The notes below the pieces were generated by a model. That model ran no database searches. It was given only the letters and a program-made list of their open reading frames with translations, and was not told the origin of the DNA. This document shows, one piece after another, positions 45,435 through 54,844 of a stretch of DNA of 64,000 nt. Source of the stretch: an uncultured delta proteobacterium. Lineage in GTDB: Bacteria; Myxococcota; Myxococcia; Myxococcales; Myxococcaceae. The position numbers and the translations under genes were made by a program. The stretch is taken from contig CAVYSY010000037.1 in NCBI GenBank assembly GCA_963771175.1, positions 1 to 64,000 of the forward strand, in the 5' to 3' direction. Numbering within the stretch: position 1 is the first letter of the stretch; each line of letters starts with the position of its first letter.

Positions 45435-46322
45435 ATGAAGGTGGGCTTCATCGGACTCGGGAACATGGGCCAGCCCATGGCGCGCAACCTGCGCGCGGCG
45501 GGGCACGCGCTCGCGGTCTACAACCGCTCGCGCGAGAAGGCCGAGCCGCTGCGCCAGCAGGGGGCCCGCGTCGCGGACTCGCCGGCGGACGCGGCGCGTG
45601 GGGCGGAGGTCGTCTTCTCCATGCTCTCGGACGATGCCGCCGCGGAGGGGGTCGTCTTCGGCGAGTCGGGGCTGCTTGGTGGGTTGGGGCAGGGGTCCGT
45701 CCACGTCTCGTCGAGCACCCTCTCGGTGGCGTGCTCGGAGCGCCTGGCCGAGGCGCATGCGCAGGCCGGGCAGCGGTACGTGTCGGCGCCGGTGTTCGGC
45801 AGGCCGGAGGCGGCCGAGGCGAAGCAGCTCTGGGTGCTGGCCGCGGGCGCGAAGGACGACGTGGAGCGGTGCCGGCCGCTGCTGGAGGCCCTGGGGCGCG
45901 GGCTCACGGTGCTCGGGGAACGGGCGCCCTCGGCGAACGTGGTGAAGCTGTCGGGCAACTTCCTGATCGCCTCGATGATGGAGGCGCTCGGGGAGGCGTT
46001 CGCGCTGACGCGCAAGTCGGGCGTCGAGCCCCAGGTGTTCCTGGAGGTGTTCCAGTCGGTGTTCGCGCGCTCCCCCATCTTCGAGCGCTACGCGGTGCTG
46101 ATCGCCAGCGGGCAGTACGAGCCGGCGGGCTTCAAGCTGCGGCTGGGGCACAAGGACCTGCGGCTCGCGCTGGAGGCCGCCGGAGCGGCGGAGGTGCCGA
46201 TGCCGCTGGCCAGCCTCCTGAAGGACCACTTCCTCGGCGGCATGGCCCGGGGAATGGGGGACCTGGACTGGTCGGCGCTTGGGGCGCTGGCGGCGGAGCG
46301 GGCCGGCCTGGACGCGAAGTGA
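45435..46322 (+). CDS. NAD(P)-dependent 3-hydroxyisobutyrate dehydrogenase-family oxidoreductase
   Basis: GFIGLGNMG; SAPVFG; VKLSGN; KDL. Confidence 0.93.
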   Translation: MKVGFIGLGNMGQPMARNLRAAGHALAVYNRSREKAEPLRQQGARVADSPADAARGAEVVFSMLSDDAAAEGVVFGESGLLGGLGQGSVHVSSSTLSVACSERLAEAHAQAGQRYVSAPVFGRPEAAEAKQLWVLAAGAKDDVERCRPLLEALGRGLTVLGERAPSANVVKLSGNFLIASMMEALGEAFALTRKSGVEPQVFLEVFQSVFARSPIFERYAVLIASGQYEPAGFKLRLGHKDLRLALEAAGAAEVPMPLASLLKDHFLGGMARGMGDLDWSALGALAAERAGLDAK

Positions 46323-46338
46323 CCGGGGTGGGCCCGCC

Positions 46339-47148
46339 TCACGTGGAGGAGGGCTCGTCATCCTCCGTGGGAGGCACCGGCTCGTCGCCTCTGGCGGGGC
46401 GCTTGCGCGCGAGGGGCGTCAACTCCGGACCCACGCCCAGGACGAAGGTGTGGCCGGACGTGGTGCTCGCGCTCTCGAGCGTCTGCAGCATGCGCAGGTT
46501 GAGCAGGGAGGGGTTCTGCTCCACCATCCGCGCCGCGTTGGCCAGGTTGCGCAGGGCCGCCGACTCGCCGCGCGCCTTCTCCAGCATCGCCTGCGCCTCC
46601 TTCTTCGCCTTGAGCGACTCCGCGAAGGCTCGCCGCAGGTCCGCCGGCAGCATCACGTCCTTCATCTCCACCGACTCCACGGAGAGGCCGAACGCACGGG
46701 CCTCGCCGGCCACCCGCTCGCGCATCCCCTTCCCGAGGTCCAATCGCCCCGACACCAGCTCCTCCAGCGGGTGGCGGGACACCTCCTCGCGCAGCGCGAG
46801 CTGCACGGCGAGGTAGAGCGCCTCGGTGAAGTTCTGCACACGATGCAGGGCCTGCTCGGGCTCCGCCACGGCGAAGCGCACCGCGACGCTCACCTTGAGC
46901 CCCACCTGCTCCTGGCTGAGCACGTCCTGGCCGGGCACGGTGAGCGAGCGCAGGCGCACGTCCACCTGCTGCGTGGTGTAACCCCGGCGCGGCACCCGGT
47001 GGGCTCCGGGCTTCAGCACGCGCACGAAGCGCCCCTGCCGGTAGAGCAGGGCGACGAAGCCCTCGGGGACGACCACCTTGCGCACGAGCACCACATAGGT
47101 CACCGCGAGCGCCATCACCGCCAGGGGGAAGAGTCGGAACCAGAGCAT
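46339..47148 (-). CDS. Slipin (SPFH/band-7) family protein
   Basis: 'VDVRLRSLTVPGQDVL', 'KDVMLP', 'LEKARGESAALRNLANAAR....NP.LL.LR.LQ'. Confidence 0.9.
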   Translation of the reverse strand: MLWFRLFPLAVMALAVTYVVLVRKVVVPEGFVALLYRQGRFVRVLKPGAHRVPRRGYTTQQVDVRLRSLTVPGQDVLSQEQVGLKVSVAVRFAVAEPEQALHRVQNFTEALYLAVQLALREEVSRHPLEELVSGRLDLGKGMRERVAGEARAFGLSVESVEMKDVMLPADLRRAFAESLKAKKEAQAMLEKARGESAALRNLANAARMVEQNPSLLNLRMLQTLESASTTSGHTFVLGVGPELTPLARKRPARGDEPVPPTEDDEPSST

Positions 47149-47242
47149 GTCCACGGGTGCGCACCTCGTACGGAAGACGTCCGCCCCGGGGGCCCCGGCG
47201 GCGCGGCGGGGGCTCTTCACCCGCATGGCCGTTCCGCACGGT

Positions 47243-47345
47243 GCGCTCGAAAGCGCTGGCCCCCGGAGCAGCCGTTGGGGAGTTGAACCCCGGCCTTTGC
47301 AGGCTGCCAGGAAGGGAGACCCCCATCCCAGGACACCCCCGGACC
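47243..47345 (-). ncRNA. Putative tRNA-like structured RNA upstream of slipin
   Basis: T-arm GGGG-TTCAACT-CCCC enclosed by a GCAGCC/GGCTGC stem; GCGCT-TTCG-AGCGC hairpin. Confidence 0.5.
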
Positions 47346-47454
47346 GATGTCCGCGGGCGCTGGCGAGGCCTCCCGCACGGACGGACGCATGCGACGCGGA
47401 GTCCTGACACGGTGAGGAGCCGGATGACGGACGACCTGCTGGTCGCGTGCGGCG

Positions 47455-47552
47455 AAAACCTGTCCGACTGTCGGACAGGTTTTTGAAAAGCGCGGCCGGG
47501 AGGCTCCCCGGGCACGCTCGCGAGCAACTGGTCCGATGGTCGGAGCAGTCCA
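47455..47552. repeat. REP-like palindromic units, same family as 16511-16790
   Basis: 47455-47503 is a near-exact reverse complement of 16608-16655; a degenerate second unit follows. Confidence 0.85.
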
Positions 47553-47557
47553 CGCGG

Positions 47558-48415
47558 TCATCTCCCGAGGTCCCGCGTGGAGAGCACCTCCGCGACCCGC
47601 TGGTACAGCCACGTATGCACCGGCACCGGCATTCCCTGAAGCACCACCTCTGAGTACAGCTCGTGGGTGAACCCGTGTCCGTGGACGATTCGTGCCGCGC
47701 ACAGCTCGTCCCACTGCCCGGCGAGCTCCACGGGGCGTGTGTCGAGCACCTCGCCGGCCAGCTTCAGGGAGAACCGCTCTCGCGCCACCGCCACGGTGCG
47801 CGCTAGTTGCAGGGTGGGCAACGACAGTCGCGCCAATCGGCGTGCGAGCAGCTCCCCCACCTTCTCCGGCACGGGCAGGGTCCCGGGTGACGTGGACGCC
47901 AGCTCTCCGGACCCGAGGAGGCTCTTGAGTGTCTCCACCACGAAGAGCGGGTTGCCCCCGGTGTGGCGGGTGAGTGGCTCCGCGAGCGCCGTGGCCCCAT
48001 CGACCTCCACCCCACCCAGCAGTTGACCCACCTCCTCGGAGGTGAGGGGCTCCAGCTCCACCCAGAGGGCGAGGCCCGCGTCCACCATTCCGCCGAGGAG
48101 TCGCTCCCCCTCGGAAGCCAGCTCCCCCGGGCGCAGCGCGGTGAGGACGCGTGGCAGCTCCGGGTCGTTCGACAGCCGGCTGACGAGGTACGCGAACACC
48201 TCGAGGCTGGCCGGGTCGCTGGCGTGCAGGTCGTCGATGAGGATGGCGGAGACGTCCCGGCCCGCGAGTCGCATCAGCTCGAGCTGTGCCTCGAAGAGTC
48301 GCGTCCGGTCCGTCTCGGGGTTGTATGGGGCGGGGGCCTCGCCCAGCTCCGGCATCACGCGCGCCAGCTCCCGCTTCACCCACGAGCGGATGATGGGGGA
48401 GGTCCTCTCCAGCAA
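47558..48415 (-). pseudogene. Internal fragment of a STAND/AAA ATPase regulator (BTAD/LuxR type)
   Basis: 'IDDLH..D.AS', 'TGGNPLFVVE', 'F.H.L'; no Walker A and no plausible start. Confidence 0.7.
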
Positions 48416-48593
48416 GCCGGAGGAGGCCCGCCGGATGGCCGGCTTCGGCGCGCGGGGGCTGGACTGCTACCTGCGCTTCCTCGACGACTGCCTGCGCGCG
48501 TCCCAGGGCACCTGGACCGCTCGCGCCGCGGCGGCCTGAGGCCCTCACGCGACAGGAGCGCCGCCCCCGTTGCCAGGGACGGCGCTCCTCGGC

Positions 48594-49772
48594 TCACCTC
48601 ACCGCCGTGACGACACCGGCGCCGATCGTCTTCCCACCCTCACGGATGGCGAAGCGCATGCCCGGCTCGACCCCGATGGGGTAGAGCAGGCGGAAGCTCA
48701 CCTGGGCCCGATCGCCCGGCTGGACGAGCCCCTCGCCCTTCACCTCGATGCTCCCCGTCACGTCCGTGCTCCCGAAGAAGAACTGCGGCGTGTAGCCGGT
48801 GCCGAACGGCGTGTGCCGGCCGCCCTCGTGGGCGGCGAGCACGTACAGCTCGGCCTCCCCGGTGGCGTGCGGGTGGATGGAGCCCGGAGCGCAGAGCACC
48901 TGCCCGCGCGTCACCTCCTCGCGCTTGACGCCGCGCAGCAGCAGCCCCACGTTCTCACCCGCCCGCGCCTCCGGGCGCTGCCGGTGGAAGGACTCGATGC
49001 CGGTCACCACCACCTCTCGCGTGTCCGGGCCCTCCAGCCCCACCACCTCCACCATCGCCCCGGCCGTGAGCACGCCGCGCTGGACGCGCCCCGTCACCAC
49101 CGTGCCGCGCCCCGAGATGGTGAAGACGTCCTCGATCGGCATCAGGAACGGCGAGGTGTAGTCCCGCACCGGGTCCGGGATGTGCCGGTCGAGCGCGTCC
49201 ACCAGCGCGCGGATGCAGCGGGTGGCCTCGTCCTCCACACGCCCGGCGGTGACGGCCTCGAGCGCCTTGAGGGCCGAGCCCTTCACCACCGGCACGTCCA
49301 TGTAGCCGTGGGTCGCGAGCAGCTCCTGCGTCTCGAGCTCCACCAGGGCGAGCAGCTCCGGGTCGGCCACGTCCATCTTGTTGACGAACACGACCATGTG
49401 CCGCACGCCCACCTGGCGGGCCAGGAGGATGTGCTCACGCGTCTGCGGCTGCGGCCCCTGCGAGCCGTCGACCAGCAGGATGGCGCCGTCCATCTGCGAG
49501 GCGCCGGTGATCATGTTCTTCACGTAGTCGGCGTGCCCCGGGCAGTCGATGTGGGCGTAGTGCCGCGTGGCCGACTCGTACTCGACGTGCGTGATGTTGA
49601 TGGTGATGCCGCGCGCCCGCTCCTCGGGCGCGCTGTCGATCTGGTCGAAGCCGAGCCCCTTGCCGCCATGCAGCGCGGCCATCACCTGGGTGAGGGCGGC
49701 GGTGAGCGTGGTCTTGCCGTGGTCGACGTGGCCGATGGTGCCGACGTTGACGTGCGTCTTCTGCGTGCCCAT
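48594..49772 (-). CDS. tuf: Divergent elongation factor Tu paralog
   Basis: [37 protein letters not shown]. Confidence 0.93.
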   Translation of the reverse strand: MGTQKTHVNVGTIGHVDHGKTTLTAALTQVMAALHGGKGLGFDQIDSAPEERARGITINITHVEYESATRHYAHIDCPGHADYVKNMITGASQMDGAILLVDGSQGPQPQTREHILLARQVGVRHMVVFVNKMDVADPELLALVELETQELLATHGYMDVPVVKGSALKALEAVTAGRVEDEATRCIRALVDALDRHIPDPVRDYTSPFLMPIEDVFTISGRGTVVTGRVQRGVLTAGAMVEVVGLEGPDTREVVVTGIESFHRQRPEARAGENVGLLLRGVKREEVTRGQVLCAPGSIHPHATGEAELYVLAAHEGGRHTPFGTGYTPQFFFGSTDVTGSIEVKGEGLVQPGDRAQVSFRLLYPIGVEPGMRFAIREGGKTIGAGVVTAVR

Positions 49773-49818
49773 GGGAGTGCTCCTGGTTGTGGGCCGGGCC
49801 GGCCCGGGTGAAGCGCTG

Positions 49819-49859
49819 GAAAAAGAAAAACCCCTCGAGCCACGCGGGCCCGAGGGGTT
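49819..49859 (-). terminator. Intrinsic terminator in the tuf 5' leader (attenuator candidate)
   Basis: AACCCCTCGGGCC-CGCGT-GGCTCGAGGGGTT followed by TTTCTTTTT, about 50 nt before the tuf ATG. Confidence 0.8.
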
Positions 49860-49890
49860 GGCCGGGGAAGGCGCTGCCGGACTCAGCCGG

Positions 49891-49983
49891 TCAGAGCGCC
49901 ACCTCGCGCCGCGCACGCGGGTCTCGCGACGAGCGGATCGCCGCTGAGCCTGAGACTGATGACGTGGGCGCGAAGGAGGTCAT
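49891..49983 (-). CDS. Putative leader peptide [30 protein letters not shown]
   Basis: 30-aa ORF ending about 30 nt before the leader terminator; no clear SD. Confidence 0.45.
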   Translation of the reverse strand: MTSFAPTSSVSGSAAIRSSRDPRARREVAL

Positions 49984-50180
49984 GGCCGTCGAAAGGAAGA
50001 GAGTCCAGGGAGCACGGACGCTCGGGGCCGCGGAAACTGACACGCCCCGGTGTCACGCTTTCCCGGTTGTGGCCTGAAACGGGTGCATGGGCCTGGGAAG
50101 GAGTCAGGGTCTGAGCATCGGCGGGCCATGGATGGCGGCTCGTGGGTGCTCGGCGGGGCGGGCTGTGATAGCCCTGGTGT

Positions 50181-51482
50181 GTGAGCGACACCTTCCAGCA
50201 GCTTGGCCTGTCCCCCGAGTCCCTCGATGCCCTGCGCCGCGCGCGGTTCTCGGGGCCCACGCCCATCCAGGCGCAAGCCATTCCCCCGGCGCTCGCCGGC
50301 AAGGACGTCATCGGCTGCGCCGCCACCGGCACGGGCAAGACGGCCGCGTACGTGCTGCCCCTGGTGGAGCACTTCGCCGGCCGCAAGGGCACGCTGGGTC
50401 TGGTGCTGGCGCCCACCCGCGAGCTGGTGCAGCAGATCGCCGGGCCGGTGGGGTTCTTCGGCGAGTCGCGCGGCGTCACGCACGCGGTGGTCATCGGCGG
50501 CGAGGACATGGGGGCTCAGGTCGAGGCGCTGAAGCGGAAGCCCACGCTGGTGCTGGCCACGCCGGGGCGACTGGTGGACCTGCTGGGCTCGGGCGCCGCG
50601 GCGTTCCCGCACCTGGCGGCACTGGTGTTGGACGAGGCGGACCGGATGCTCGACATGGGCTTCCTGCCGCAGATCGAGCAGATCCTCGCCGCCCTGCCTC
50701 GCAAGCGGCAGACGCTCCTGTACTCGGCGACGCTGGGCCCGGATGTGAGCCGCTTCGCCCGTGAGTGGCTGCACAAGCCGGTGCGCGTGGAGGTGACGCG
50801 CAGTGGCACGCCCGCCGAGCGCGCCGAGCAGCGGCTGTACGTGGTGAAGCCGGAGGAGAAGTCCGCGCTGCTGCTCACGCTGCTCGCGCGGGACGAGGCG
50901 ACGGCTCTCGTGTTCACCCGGACGAAGGAGCGCGCGGACAAGGTCCACCAGTCGCTCCAGCGAGCGGGGTACCGGTGCGCGGTGCTGCACGCGGACCGGA
51001 CGCAGAACCAGCGCAACCAGGCGATGGAGGGCTTCCGCAAGGGCACGTACCGGTGCCTGGTGGCCACGGACATCGCGGCGCGAGGGCTGGACGTGGAGGA
51101 CGTGGGGCACGTCATCAACTACGACCTGCCGCACGCGCCGGAGGACTACGTGCACCGCATCGGCCGCACGGCGCGAGCCGCCGCGAGCGGCGTGGCCTCG
51201 ACGTTCGCCACGACGAAGGACCGGCAGATGATCGAGACCATCGAGCGGCTCATGCGGGGCGGGATTCCCCGAGCGACCGTGCCGCGAGAGGACCCCGTCT
51301 TCCAGGCGGAGGTGGAGCGACTCAGGCCGCGCAGCGCCACCCGGGTCCGCCCCAGAAGGACCATGGCGTCTCCAAGAAGGAGTCAGGGCAGGAGCCGGGG
51401 CGGCACGCGCGGTCGCACGGGCGAACTCCTCGGAAGTAAGGCGGGAGGAGCGGGCCCCCGCTCACGACGGACCGAGGACTGA
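50181..51482 (+). CDS. DEAD-box RNA helicase (RhlE-like)
   Basis: PTPIQ, TGTGKT, PTREL, TPGR, DEAD, SAT, ARGLD, HRIGRTAR. Confidence 0.96.
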   Translation: MSDTFQQLGLSPESLDALRRARFSGPTPIQAQAIPPALAGKDVIGCAATGTGKTAAYVLPLVEHFAGRKGTLGLVLAPTRELVQQIAGPVGFFGESRGVTHAVVIGGEDMGAQVEALKRKPTLVLATPGRLVDLLGSGAAAFPHLAALVLDEADRMLDMGFLPQIEQILAALPRKRQTLLYSATLGPDVSRFAREWLHKPVRVEVTRSGTPAERAEQRLYVVKPEEKSALLLTLLARDEATALVFTRTKERADKVHQSLQRAGYRCAVLHADRTQNQRNQAMEGFRKGTYRCLVATDIAARGLDVEDVGHVINYDLPHAPEDYVHRIGRTARAAASGVASTFATTKDRQMIETIERLMRGGIPRATVPREDPVFQAEVERLRPRSATRVRPRRTMASPRRSQGRSRGGTRGRTGELLGSKAGGAGPRSRRTED

Positions 51483-51603
51483 TTTTTAAGGGCTTGTCTA
51501 TTGCCTCATGGGCCACATGATTCCCACGGCGTAGAGTGTCCCTCGCCGTAGGCTGGCCAATTCGTCCTGTCCCTTCGGATGTGGTAGATCCACCACCTTG
51601 ACG

Positions 51604-52847
51604 ATGGAACACGGCGAACATACTGATTTTCCAAGGTTCTACCGAGTCAGCCCTGCGGATCGGAAGCCGCTCATCGACTTCATGATCGAGGGTCTTGAGG
51701 CTGGCGGCTGCCGAATCATTCATCGGCCGCGACCGGACCGGGCTCCATTCGTCATCACGTTCGAAACGCCACTGGGCGAGCGCGTTGGAATCGTCGCGTA
51801 CGCATTTCTCGCCAACAACGAAAAAATCAAGAATAGACCGTCCGACGAGCACCGCTTTCAGGTCAAATACGGAGGCGATCTGTCTGGATTGCATGGCGTA
51901 TGGCAGGACCCGTACGGTCTCTATACGACCCTTTTTCTTGGCATCAATCCTGACTCAGGCTTCTTCGTGGCGGCCGACCCCACGCTGCACCATCCTACCC
52001 GGTTCTCTGTTTCGGTGGAGTTCAAGGACGAGCATGCCGCGAGTATCGAGGAGAAAGGGTGGTTTGCCTGGGAGCGAGAGCGGCGTGGAGGTCACCCGAT
52101 CCGAAACAGAAGCGGACTTCGCGGGCGAGCGGTGGCGACAATGACCCGCTCTTCGAAGTGCTGGTCGGAGGGCGCCGCGAGCATTTCCTCCGGCTCATCC
52201 GGTTCGAGCGAGAGGCTTTTGGGGAAGCACCTGGCGAGCGTCAATACGTTGCAGACCATCTGGCCGATGGGAGCTTGGCGACCATCACGCCGGGGTTCTT
52301 GGAGGCCCCTCTCCCATCGCGAGAGCGGCTTCACTCGCTCGCACGGGAGTTTCAGTTGCCAGAGTCCCGGGTTCTCGACCTCATCGCTGAGCGCCGAATG
52401 CTTAAGGTCGCGGTCCGGGGGTCGGTGGCAGAGCAGCATCTGATCGAGACTCTTGGTGGCTTGCCCGGTGTCGAACGGTGCGCGCGCGTGCGTGACGAAA
52501 ATGGTCCCGATGTAGAGGTTGTGTTTGAGGGAAAGCGCCTTCTCGTCGAATGTAAGAATAGCTCTCGTAATCGCACTGCCGATGGTCTCGCGAAAATCGA
52601 TTTCCAACGAACGCGCGCCGCAAAGGGCAACCCGTGTTCGCGCTATTACAGCCCGACCGACTTCGATCTCGTCGCTGCGTGTATCCATGCTCTTACGGAG
52701 AAATGGGAGTTTTGCTACGCCCCGACACGCGCTCTTTCGCCACATCGCATCTGCGAGGGCAAGCTCGATAACAATGTGAAGCTAGATTCCAGGTGGATGT
52801 CCGACCCACGACAAGCTCTTCGGGAGGCGGCTCGGTGCACGGGTTGA
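51604..52847 (+). CDS. Putative restriction endonuclease with C-terminal PD-(D/E)xK domain (frameshift near 52100-52140)
   Basis: 'GPDVEV..EGKRLLVECKN'; directly upstream of a C5 methyltransferase; lower GC. Confidence 0.65.
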
Positions 52848-52877
52848 TGTCAGCCTCTTGGTGTACAACCGGCATTC

Positions 52878-54472
52878 ATGTCGACTCTAAAAGTCATCAG
52901 TCTGTTTTCTGGCGCTGGTGGTCTCGACTACGGGTTTGAGGCTGCTGGGTTCCACACCGCCGTCACTCTTGAATTCGACCGCTACTGCTGTGAGACCCTT
53001 CGGCGGAACCGGCCGTGGCCTGTCATCGAACGCAGCATCTTCGATGTGCCCACAGATGAGTTGCTGTCGACGGCAGGTCTTAAGATTGGCGAGGCTGCGG
53101 TTCTGATTGGTGGGCCGCCCTGCCAACCGTTCTCGAAGTCCGGATATTGGAAGAGCGGTGATTCGAAGCGCCTTGATGACCCACGCGCTGACACGCTCAG
53201 TGCCTATGTTCGGGTTCTAGAGGAGGCACTGCCAGGTGTTTCTTCTCGAGAACGTTGGCGGTATGGCGTTCTCGGAGAAGGACGAAGGGCTGCAGATGCT
53301 GCTCGATCGCATTGCGCGCATCAATCGCCGAGCGAAGACTCACTATCGGCCCGTTTTCAAGCTACTGAACGCTGCGGATTACGGCGTGCCACAACTCCGG
53401 GAGCGGTTTTTCATCATCGGCGTTCGTGATGGAACACCGTTCCGTTTTCCCACACCGACGCATTTCGATCCGGCCGAGTCGAGCGACCTCCTGATGGGCA
53501 GTGCGTTCGTGCTCATACCGCACGGCGTGGGATGCCTTGGGCGACTTGCCAGACGACGGAGGGGGAGAAGACGTGGCGATGCGCGGAAAGTGGGCAGAGT
53601 TGCTTCCGTCCATTCCCGAAGGTCAGAACTACCTCTGGCACACGGAGCGTGGCGGCGGCCTCCCATTGTTCGGATGGCGCCGCCGCTATTGGAACTTCTT
53701 GCTGAAGTTGGCAAAGAATCAGCCGTCGTGGACGGTGCAGGCTCAGCCTGGGCCCTCAGTAGGCCCATTCCATTGGAAAAACCGCCGCCTGAGCATCCGC
53801 GAACTCTGCCGCATTCAGACCTTCCCGGGTGACGTGCAGATAGTCGGTGACCGGATCGCTGGGCAGCGGCAGGTTGGCAATGCTGTGCCCTCTCTTCTCG
53901 CGGAAGTGCTCGCGCGCGCGCTTCGCGAGCAGGTTTTTGGTGGGCGCGTCAAGTCAGTGCATCCGAGCTTGATGCCGCCAGTGCGGTCACCCGTTCCGGC
54001 GCCAGAGCCTATGCACTCTGTTCCCAGGAAGTACCGCTCGCTCATTGGCGCTCACGAACCGCACCCCGGGACGGGGATGGGTTACGGCGCGCTCGCTAGG
54101 AAAGCGGCCGCCGAGTACGAGTCCGCAGCAAGCCCAGTTCGTACGGCGGTGACGATGGCTTCGACGGCAGGTCCTCGGGTCCCTTTTGATGTCGGTCTCC
54201 CAGAAACGCAGCACTCTCCAGCCAAGCTCCGACAGCTTGCGCTCATTGCTGCGGTCGCGCTCAAAGTTCGCTTTCACCTTGGATACCCAGTAGCTCGCAT
54301 TGTGTCCGCGCGCGAGCTTTCGAAGGCGCTCTTCGAGATTTCGTCCGTGCCAGAAATCCCCATCGACGAACACGGCCAAGCGAGCGCGTCGGAAGACGAT
54401 GTCCGGACGCCCCGGAAGGTCTCCCGCGTCGATGCGGAAACGCAGGCCCGCAGCATGAAGCGCTCGGCGTAG
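52878..54472 (+). CDS. dcm: DNA (cytosine-5)-methyltransferase, frameshifted; true 3' end uncertain
   Basis: FSGAGG, GGPPCQPFS, ENV, PQLRER, RELCRIQTFP, QVGNAVP across three frames. Confidence 0.92.
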
Positions 54473-54568
54473 ATGCAGTTCGGGTCGGGTGTTTCGTTTC
54501 TTGCTTGATTGATGGGCACGTAGGCTTGAGAGCCGACTGGCTGGCTTCAGCCCATCAAAGCGCGGCAT
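54082..54568 (-). CDS. vsr: Very short patch repair endonuclease (frameshift near 54176)
   Basis: TRPE, LPGRPDIVF, FVDGDFWHG, YW..K...N.ERD, GWRVLRFWE. Confidence 0.93.
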
Positions 54569-54844
54569 GCGAATCCTCCCCGAGGGTTTCCTTTTCGTGC
54601 TGGACGATCGTGCAACTCTGGGCCAACGCGGTCACGCGGTGGTCATCACGCTAGCCGTAATCTCGTCCAGCACTACGCCGGGGCGGTCAGTGGTGATCCT
54701 GGCTACTCCTCAATCAAGCCAGTAGCATGAACCGGTGCTTCAAATCAGTCGGACGCATTGGTTGGGATCGCATTAGAGGTGATCCATCCAGCAATCATGA
54801 GGAGTTACGACCTGCTCATCCAGTCGAAGTGGCGCTCAGGGTCC

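Larger units (their letters stand above)
51485..54840. mobile_element. Lower-GC restriction-modification islet
   Basis: Visible drop in GC and codon bias between the helicase and kinase genes; no integrase seen. Confidence 0.55.
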
